Assembly: GCA_023129265.1 (NCBI GenBank)
Contig: JAGMCJ010000194.1
Span: 1 to 15,432 of the forward strand
DNA: 15,432 bases
Reading direction: 5' to 3'
Source: Thermoplasmata archaeon
Lineage (GTDB): Archaea; Thermoplasmatota; Thermoplasmata; RBG-16-68-12; JAGMCJ01
The position numbers and the translations under genes are program-made. Shown here one piece after another: positions 7,264-12,203 of this stretch (its first letter is position 1; each line of letters starts with the position of its first letter). The notes below the pieces were generated by a model that was given only the letters and a program-made list of their open reading frames with translations, did no database searches and was not told the origin of the DNA.

Positions 7264-7677
7264 CTAGAACTTGGCCCCGAGTTTCCTCGATATATCACCG
7301 ATCTTCGTGTACTCGCACTTCAGTTTCCCAAGGGCCTCCTCAATCCTCTCCGTGCTCGACTCGGCATACGAGTCAGGAATGCCAATGTATACCCTCAACC
7401 TCTTGAACGCTTCCCTTCCTCTGGGCTTCTGGTAGGGAATCATGCCTCTGATCGTTCTCGTTACGATCTTGTCCGGCATTCTCGGGAAAAAGGGACCTGA
7501 CGTCTGGCTACCTATCTCCCTAATCTCCTTGTATTCGTTGAGCACGGATACCCTGTCCCCCGAAATGACCGCGAGCTCGGCATTGACCACAACGATTTCC
7601 TCCCCTTCGAGAAGCCTCTTGGCCACAACGCTGGCAAGCCTGCCCAGCACAGAGCCAGTGGCATCGATCACAGCCAT
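7264..7677 (-). CDS. rpl13: 50S ribosomal protein uL13
   Basis: 137 aa: MAVIDATGSVLGRLASVVAKRLLEGEEIVVVNAE...TIRGMIPYQKPRGREAFKRLRVYIG, the archaeal uL13 pattern. The ATG at 7677 is preceded by GAGGTGA, which contains the rpl18e stop. Confidence 0.95.
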   Translation of the reverse strand: MAVIDATGSVLGRLASVVAKRLLEGEEIVVVNAELAVISGDRVSVLNEYKEIREIGSQTSGPFFPRMPDKIVTRTIRGMIPYQKPRGREAFKRLRVYIGIPDSYAESSTERIEEALGKLKCEYTKIGDISRKLGAKF

Positions 7678-7680
7678 GGT

Positions 7681-8043
7681 TCACCTCATTATTCTAACGC
7701 CACTTCCCTTCGGGTTCTTGTTCATGAGTTCCTCAATGGTCAGAACGAGGCCACCGGAGTCTGTGATCTTTCTCCTTGCCGCTTCGGAAGAGTGAAAGGA
7801 GGCCACAGTCACAGGCTTGTCTATGCTGCCGGAACCGAGAAGCCTGCCAGGGACGAGGATGACCTCCCCCTTCTTGGCGTATCTGGATATCCTGCTGATA
7901 TTCACTTCGGCCCAATTCCTCCGAGGTTTGCTCAGCCTGCTGGCTGTGTCCTTCCAAACGGGTGCTTTGTTCTCATAGGAGTGCTTCTTCAGCTGCTCTA
8001 TGAGTTCCAACAGTCTAGGATTGGACTTCTTACTACCAGCCAT
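7681..8043 (-). CDS. rpl18e: 50S ribosomal protein eL18 (L18e)
   Basis: 120 aa: MAGSKKSNPRLLELIEQLKK...APVWKDTASRLSKPRRNWAEVNISRISRYAKKGEVILVPGRLLGSG. This is L18e-like and sits first in the conserved archaeal gene order rpl18e-rpl13-rps9-rpoN. Confidence 0.9.
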   Translation of the reverse strand: MAGSKKSNPRLLELIEQLKKHSYENKAPVWKDTASRLSKPRRNWAEVNISRISRYAKKGEVILVPGRLLGSGSIDKPVTVASFHSSEAARRKITDSGGLVLTIEELMNKNPKGSGVRIMR

Positions 8044-8075
8044 CAGATATCCTCTGAAGAAGGTCTAAAGAGGGG

Positions 8076-8090
8076 TCTTCATATAAACCT
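8076..8090 (-). promoter_or_regulatory. BRE/TATA-like promoter of the rpl18e-rpl13-rps9-rpoN operon
   Basis: The minus strand reads AAAAGG-TTTATATG (the TATA is the complement of 8081-8087). Its centre is ~41 nt upstream of ATG 8043. This predicts a ~14-nt leader containing AGAGGA (complement of 8051-8056). Confidence 0.45.
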
Positions 8091-8100
8091 TTTGTCCGTC

Positions 8101-8129
8101 TGGACTGCGAAAATTCGACAGCCAGTCCA
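8101..8129. repeat. 7-bp inverted repeat / hairpin (TGGACTG ... CAGTCCA, 15-nt loop) in the 270-nt divergent spacer
   Basis: TGGACTG at 8101-8107 is the exact reverse complement of CAGTCCA at 8123-8129. On the plus strand it is followed by a T4 run at 8136-8139. The same spacer also holds a perfect 12-bp palindrome CCGGTGCACCGG (8184-8195) followed by GGTTTTC, and a T5 run at 8229-8233. Confidence 0.5.
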
Positions 8130-8251
8130 CTGCCATTTTGTCCTTTGAGCCCACCGTTGGAAACAGCTCCGAGACCCAAATGTCCGGTGCACCGGGGTTT
8201 TCGATGTCATCGGAAGCCGTAAACGAGCTTTTTGGGGGCACATTATCGAAA

Positions 8252-8267
8252 ACTATAAATATAAATG
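8252..8267 (+). promoter_or_regulatory. Tandem TATA-like element upstream of the TIM-barrel/PHI operon
   Basis: AAAACTATAAATATAAATG contains two abutting ATAAAT copies (8255-8260 and 8261-8266) after an A-rich BRE-like stretch. Its centre is ~53 nt before ATG 8313. The predicted leader carries GGTGGAG at 8304-8310. Confidence 0.45.
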
Positions 8268-8312
8268 CGCGCCAAATAGTAAGACCTTCGGGTTAATTAG
8301 TCTGGTGGAGTA

Positions 8313-9335
8313 ATGATACGTTTTGGTCCGGCGGGCATTCCCCTATCATGCAAAGGGAGAACCTTGCGAGATGGCATAGAGGATGTCCATAACCTGGGTT
8401 TGACGGCGATGGAGGTTCAGCTGGTCAGAGTAGGGCTCCTCGAACGACACCCCACTGAGGACGAGGTCGGTCTCGTGGCGAGGGACATACCGAACGCGCT
8501 GATAGTTGAGATCGTCAGAAGGCAGGGATCCAGGGAGCGGGTAATCGCCAATCTTGACGCCGAGATCAAGAAGGGGGACCTCCTCCGCATTCTGGCGTCA
8601 GGCATAGCGAAGGACTATCATGAGCTCGAGGAGCTCGGGAGGTTGTCTAGGGACCTGGACATTGAACTGAGCCTTCACACACCTTACTACATGGATCTCA
8701 TCGGCGTAGAGGAGATGCCAGAGAGGAGCGTGGACAGCGTCAAGTGGGGCGGCCTCCTTGCCAATGAGATGGGAGCAAAGGTCGTGGTGACCCATCTCGG
8801 TCTGTACGGTGACCTGACGAAGAGGCAAGCAAGCATAAGAGTCAGGAAGAACCTCGATTCGATTCTCAAATGGTTCAGGTCAAGGAAAATCAAGGCCAAA
8901 CTCGGACTGGAGTCCAGCGGAAGACAGGAGGTGTTCGGTAGCATGAAGGAGATCATCTCCCTCTGCGAGAAGTACAAAGGTGTCGTCCCTGTGCTCAACT
9001 TCTCACACGTACACTCACGGGAAGGGGGCACGCTGAGAGCCAATGAAGACTTCCAGAAGCTCTTCAACAAGTTCAAGAAGTACACGAAAGGACACTTCCA
9101 CACACATTTCTCCGGAGTGGAGCATGCGGGCGGGAATGAGCTACGATACACGCCGATCAAGAAGGGCGATCTCAGGTTCGAACCTCTCGCGGAGTGCATT
9201 CTGGACAACAACTACGACATCACACTGATCTCCGGTTCACCACTCCTGGAACATGACGCGATGTACATGAAGGTCATACTGGAGAGGGTCCTAGCCAGGA
9301 GAGTCGCGAAGTCCGCCAAAGGAGGAAAGAAATGA
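8313..9335 (+). CDS. Xylose-isomerase-like TIM-barrel protein, AP endonuclease family 2 (endonuclease IV-like)
   Basis: 340 aa. The N-terminus MIRFGPAGIP and a ladder of likely metal-ligand positions (SLHTPYY, VVVTHLG, LGLESSG, NFSHVHS, HFHTHFSGVEH, PLLEHD) fit the Nfo / sugar-phosphate-isomerase TIM-barrel fold. An apparent ~60-aa insertion follows the second strand (residues ~40-100). Assignment is by motif reading only, and the biochemical function is uncertain. Confidence 0.6.
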   Translation: MIRFGPAGIPLSCKGRTLRDGIEDVHNLGLTAMEVQLVRVGLLERHPTEDEVGLVARDIPNALIVEIVRRQGSRERVIANLDAEIKKGDLLRILASGIAKDYHELEELGRLSRDLDIELSLHTPYYMDLIGVEEMPERSVDSVKWGGLLANEMGAKVVVTHLGLYGDLTKRQASIRVRKNLDSILKWFRSRKIKAKLGLESSGRQEVFGSMKEIISLCEKYKGVVPVLNFSHVHSREGGTLRANEDFQKLFNKFKKYTKGHFHTHFSGVEHAGGNELRYTPIKKGDLRFEPLAECILDNNYDITLISGSPLLEHDAMYMKVILERVLARRVAKSAKGGKK

Positions 9336-9883
9336 CCAGTAGGGCAACGGTGTCATCGCAATTTGTGGCAAAGAAGATAACCGAGATCCTCGCGAACGGG
9401 GATGAAAAGACAATCGAGGAGATCATCAAACTCCTGCTGAACTCCGACAAGGTGTTCATCTATGGTGCCGGCAGGTCCGGCCTGATAGGAAAGGCCTTCG
9501 CCATACGCCTGGTTCAGTTGGGCCTCAAGGTCTTCTTCATCGGTGAGACAACGACCCCAATCGTTGAAGACACTGATGTTGCGCTAATCATCTCGAACAC
9601 GGGCGAGACAATGTCTGCGATCCAGACGGCGAACATCATCAGGCGCGTGGGGGCAAAGGTGATAGTGATGACGAGCAGGAAGACTTCCAAGCTCGCACAC
9701 GCCGGTAACATAGTTGTCACTCTGAATCCGGAGCTAGATGATGAGGCCGTGGCTCTCGCCCCGCTTGGCACGCTTTTCGAGGATTCCACGCTCGTATACT
9801 TGGATGGAATCGTCGCGTATATCATGGAGAAGAGGAACGAGACGGAGTCCAAGATGAGAGGAAGGCACGCTATTTGGGTTTGA
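9332..9883 (+). CDS. hxlB: 6-phospho-3-hexuloisomerase (PHI), SIS-domain protein
   Basis: 183 aa. KVFIYGAGRSGLIGKAFAIRLVQLGLKVFFIGETTTP ... ALIISNTGET ... GAKVIVMTS ... LAPLGTLFEDSTLVYLDGIVAYIMEK closely parallels archaeal PHI (GVGRSGYIG..FAMRLMHLG....VGETTTP ... PMGTTFEE). The start ATG 9332 overlaps the upstream stop (ATGA), and GGAGGA lies at 9321-9326. Confidence 0.8.
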   Translation: MTSRATVSSQFVAKKITEILANGDEKTIEEIIKLLLNSDKVFIYGAGRSGLIGKAFAIRLVQLGLKVFFIGETTTPIVEDTDVALIISNTGETMSAIQTANIIRRVGAKVIVMTSRKTSKLAHAGNIVVTLNPELDDEAVALAPLGTLFEDSTLVYLDGIVAYIMEKRNETESKMRGRHAIWV

Positions 9884-10508
9884 GCGGGAGCTTCTTCATC
9901 GGTCCGTATGGATTTTCGTACTCCTCCCAGTAGACCGCGAAAGGTGCGGGGACACATTTCTCCCCAGAGAGCGTAAAGGCCTCAATCTGCAGCTCCATTG
10001 GGTCCAGGACGATTGCGAAGTGGAACTCCTCCCGAAACATGCGCCGCTGCGTTCCGACGTCCTTGGGTGACATGAAGCAGGTGTAACCAGGGTGGGAGTG
10101 GTACCAACCGACAATAATGTAATCGAAATCCGCCTCGTCGAGGCGATCAAAGAGCGTTTCGAACCCGTTCCTGTCGAAACTCACGGAAACGCCTGATGCC
10201 TGGAGGTCCGTTGTAGCGACGTCCTTGACCACGGTGTAGGGTTTTGCTGAGTGAGCGAAGACATCACCGAGTAGCAGACCCAGGGCTTCCAGATTTTGCT
10301 TCCCGGAAGAGATGCTGTGATCCCTCATCTTTGCCTCGGCGGTCTTCGAAACGTACAAGGGAAGCGGCCCTGTTCCCGCGAACGCTTCCTCGACCTCTCT
10401 CCTCCTCTCCTCCTTGAGCCAGTAATGGGACCTGGAGCGCTCTTTCGGCGGTGGCGCCCTTTCCAAGATAGCTCTCTTCCTTTCACTCACAACGCGTGGG
10501 CGCTTCAT
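9870..10508 (-). CDS. JAMM/MPN+ metalloprotease, Rpn11-like (putative deubiquitylase of the adjacent Ubl system)
   Basis: 212 aa. A complete JAMM motif is present: E74 in QNLEALGLLLG, and GWYHSHPGYTCFMSPKD at 135-150 (H-x-H-x7-S-x2-D). Nt 10092-10100 were verified as CAC TCC CAC. This compares with eukaryotic Rpn11/CSN5 GWYHSHPGFGCWLS..D. The ATG at 10508 is 3 nt after the E2 stop. The N-terminal ~45 aa are strongly basic. The 3' end overlaps the convergent hxlB gene by 14 nt. Confidence 0.9.
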   Translation of the reverse strand: MKRPRVVSERKRAILERAPPPKERSRSHYWLKEERRREVEEAFAGTGPLPLYVSKTAEAKMRDHSISSGKQNLEALGLLLGDVFAHSAKPYTVVKDVATTDLQASGVSVSFDRNGFETLFDRLDEADFDYIIVGWYHSHPGYTCFMSPKDVGTQRRMFREEFHFAIVLDPMELQIEAFTLSGEKCVPAPFAVYWEEYENPYGPMKKLPLKPK

Positions 10509-10511
10509 GGA

Positions 10512-11030
10512 TCATCCCAAAACCCTTGGCTTCTTCCCTGAACCCTCCATCACATTCGGCGGGCTGTAGCCGTGAGTGTTGAAGTACTGTGCGGCACGCG
10601 TACACGAATCACTGCCGAAGGGGTTCGCAGGGTTAGGACTGGTAAGCAGCGTTTCGATTCCTTTGACGAACGTGAGCAGGGTCGAGCTGAAACTCCAGTC
10701 ATCCAAGAGCTTCGTGCAGACGTATCCGCCATCATCAGGAAGCATGATGTTGGGATGGAATATGTCCGACCTCCATTTGACGATGGGTTTCTCGTACGGA
10801 TACTCTTCAGTTATCAGAATCGACAGCTTGTGCGTATATCGATGCCTTATCGTGTCATCCTTCCAGATGGGTCCAGGGGTCTTCACGAGAGTGACGTTGA
10901 CTTCCATGGGAAAGGACTGAAGCGTCGGATCAGAGACCGAAACGGCGTGCCTGAGATTCCTTTGACACAGCAGAACTTCGTTCCTCACGCGGAACCTCAA
11001 GATGTCCTTCGGCAGCCCCATGAGCCGCAC
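10512..11030 (-). CDS. Ubiquitin-conjugating enzyme E2 (UBC fold, catalytic Cys present)
   Basis: 172 aa. YPYEKPIVKWRSDIFHPNIMLPDDGGYVCTKLLDDWSFSSTLLTFVKGIETLLTSPNPANPF aligns by eye with canonical eukaryotic E2 cores (YPFKPPKV.F.T.IYHPNI...G.ICLDIL...WSPALT......I..LL..PNPDDPL). The HPN triad is at residues 92-94 (nt 10749-10757). Cys105 is at nt 10716-10718, verified as TGC. The track start is GTG 11030, immediately after the Ubl stop. ATG 11021, preceded by GGTG, is an alternative start. Confidence 0.85.
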   Translation of the reverse strand: MRLMGLPKDILRFRVRNEVLLCQRNLRHAVSVSDPTLQSFPMEVNVTLVKTPGPIWKDDTIRHRYTHKLSILITEEYPYEKPIVKWRSDIFHPNIMLPDDGGYVCTKLLDDWSFSSTLLTFVKGIETLLTSPNPANPFGSDSCTRAAQYFNTHGYSPPNVMEGSGKKPRVLG

Positions 11031-11276
11031 CTAGCCGCCCTCGGGGTCAGGTATCAGCTCGACCACGTCTCCCTCGCGGACCTCCGCTTCCACGATTGTA
11101 GACTGCCCGCGCAGAACTGCCTTGCCGCGACGGAGGACATAGGCACCTGGAGAGACCTCCCAGTAGCTGGCCGCGCTCTCGATTATCTCTTCCACAGTAT
11201 TCTCGGCCTCCAACTCCATCTCGACCGAGGACCCTGTTTCCGCGTTCTTCACTGTGATTCTCGTTGTCACAATCAC
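11031..11276 (-). CDS. Ubiquitin-like beta-grasp protein with C-terminal Gly-Gly directly followed by stop
   Basis: 81 aa: (GTG)IVTTRITVKNAETGSSVEMELEAENTVEEIIESAASYWEVSPGAYVLRRGKAVLRGQSTIVEAEVREGDVVELIPDPEGG-stop. Nt 11034-11039 are GGC GGC, followed by TAG. The size and strand/helix pattern (RITVKN / SVEMELE / TVEEIIESAASYW / YVLRRG / DVVELIP) fit the Ub/SAMP/MoaD fold. GGGGGAG sits just upstream. GTG 11276 and GTG 11270 are both possible starts. Confidence 0.75.
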   Translation of the reverse strand: MIVTTRITVKNAETGSSVEMELEAENTVEEIIESAASYWEVSPGAYVLRRGKAVLRGQSTIVEAEVREGDVVELIPDPEGG

Positions 11277-11305
11277 TCCCCCGTACTGTTATTGACAGAG
11301 GCGTT

Positions 11306-11314
11306 CTTAAAGGT
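11306..11314 (-). promoter_or_regulatory. Possible internal TATA-like element in the E1-Ubl spacer
   Basis: The minus strand reads GAAAAC-CTTTAAGA (the TATA-like part is the complement of 11306-11314), ~30-35 nt upstream of the Ubl start. It lies in the only non-abutting junction (55 nt) of the four-gene operon. Confidence 0.25.
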
Positions 11315-11331
11315 TTTCGGAACTGACACAT

Positions 11332-12123
11332 CTAGCGTTCGACGTGATGAGGGCAATCCGGGTTCTTTGAGATCTCGAGGGTCTCTGAGACGTTTCTTAG
11401 GCCGTCGTAATAGAAGACATTGGACAAGACAGTCTCCGCTCTCCCAGACGCGATCTTGAGGGCCTCTCTCACCTGGACCGCCGAGACTATGCTCGTTGTC
11501 GTAATCTCTGCGGCGACCTTGGGCTCGTAGAACGTCACATCTTCGCCGGTGCAGCTGAACCTGAGTTCCATGATTTTCGAGTGTGTCTTGTTCATTCCGC
11601 ACTGAAGACAGGCCGTTTCCGGTGGAAGGACGACTTGCACCTTTCCAATCAGCCCGTCCATCGCTCCATCGATGTAGGGGATGCCTTCGTTGTAGCAGTG
11701 AGCGTTCAGGTGGAGTCTTGTGGCCACGTTGTCCAGGCAGCCAAGGACCATCGAATGGGAGGGGATGAAATCCTCAGGCAAATCCTGGATTCTGTCCGTG
11801 TAAGATGTGATCTTGACCGCAGGGTCGAGTTCCATCGCTCTTCCTGCAACGACTTCGGCCTTGAGCCGCCTCGCTTCGGAATCCTCCTCCCGGAAGAATA
11901 CGCACCGGGTCAGATTGGACTTGGCAACATGGTCCATATCGACAAGACTAATCTCCGCGAAGCCCGCCAGAACCATGTCCTTGACGACTTCGTTGCCAAG
12001 AGCGCCTGCTCCGACGACGAGAACTCGAGCCGTTCTGACCGCGTCCATGTCTATCCATGGGATTCTTCTCATTCTCTCGTGTCTGTCCCGCTCGACAAAA
12101 TCAGCATCGATGGACTCCCCCAT
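11332..12123 (-). CDS. E1-like ubiquitin-activating enzyme (ThiF/MoeB/UBA adenylyltransferase family, minimal single-domain form)
   Basis: 263 aa. The nucleotide-binding region is RVLVVGAGALGNEVVKDMVLAGF..ISLVDMDHVAKSNLTRCVFF (G-x-G-x-x-G at residues 37-43, nt 11995-12015; D-x-D-x-x-x-x-SNL-x-R). It continues RRLKAEVVAGRAMELDPAVKI, LGCLDNVATRLHLN, and CxxC (ACLQCG, 171-176) paired with a C-terminal DCPHH. A candidate catalytic Cys lies in RFSCTGE (C191, nt 11551-11553). No ubiquitin-fold or rhodanese domain is appended. Confidence 0.9.
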   Translation of the reverse strand: MGESIDADFVERDRHERMRRIPWIDMDAVRTARVLVVGAGALGNEVVKDMVLAGFAEISLVDMDHVAKSNLTRCVFFREEDSEARRLKAEVVAGRAMELDPAVKITSYTDRIQDLPEDFIPSHSMVLGCLDNVATRLHLNAHCYNEGIPYIDGAMDGLIGKVQVVLPPETACLQCGMNKTHSKIMELRFSCTGEDVTFYEPKVAAEITTTSIVSAVQVREALKIASGRAETVLSNVFYYDGLRNVSETLEISKNPDCPHHVER

Positions 12124-12132
12124 ACTGCCAGG

Positions 12133-12156
12133 AAGGATTCGGAGATATTAATCCTT
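12133..12156. promoter_or_regulatory. Shared divergent control region: 7-bp inverted repeat AAGGATT/AATCCTT flanking an ATATTAAT TATA-like core
   Basis: AAGGATT (12133-12139) and AATCCTT (12150-12156) are exact reverse complements. ATATTAAT (12145-12152) lies between and over them. The TATA centre is ~26 nt from the E1 ATG (12123), which predicts a leaderless E1 mRNA. It is ~56 nt from trpS ATG 12204. Confidence 0.4.
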
Positions 12157-12203
12157 TTCACACCTGGAAGAACCGTGGGAGAAAGTGAGAGAGAAACGTT
12201 ATT

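Noticed and set aside
9870-9883. 14-nt convergent overlap of hxlB and the JAMM gene as a possible antisense regulatory feature
   Set aside because: Short 3'-3' overlaps are common in compact archaeal genomes, and nothing in the sequence points to a specific mechanism.
10572-11459. 295-aa plus-strand ORF spanning the E2/Ubl/E1 region (also 11581..12207 and 11807..12151)
   Set aside because: It is antisense to three genes with strong family motifs and crosses their boundaries. The composition is R/G/P-rich, typical of GC-rich shadow frames.
9870-12123. Reading the cassette as an ordinary SAMP/UbaA (sampylation) or MoaD/MoeB sulfur-carrier locus
   Set aside because: Those systems lack an E2. 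Here a UBC-fold protein with HPN and a catalytic Cys sits between the Ubl and the JAMM gene. No molybdopterin, thiamine or rhodanese genes are adjacent.
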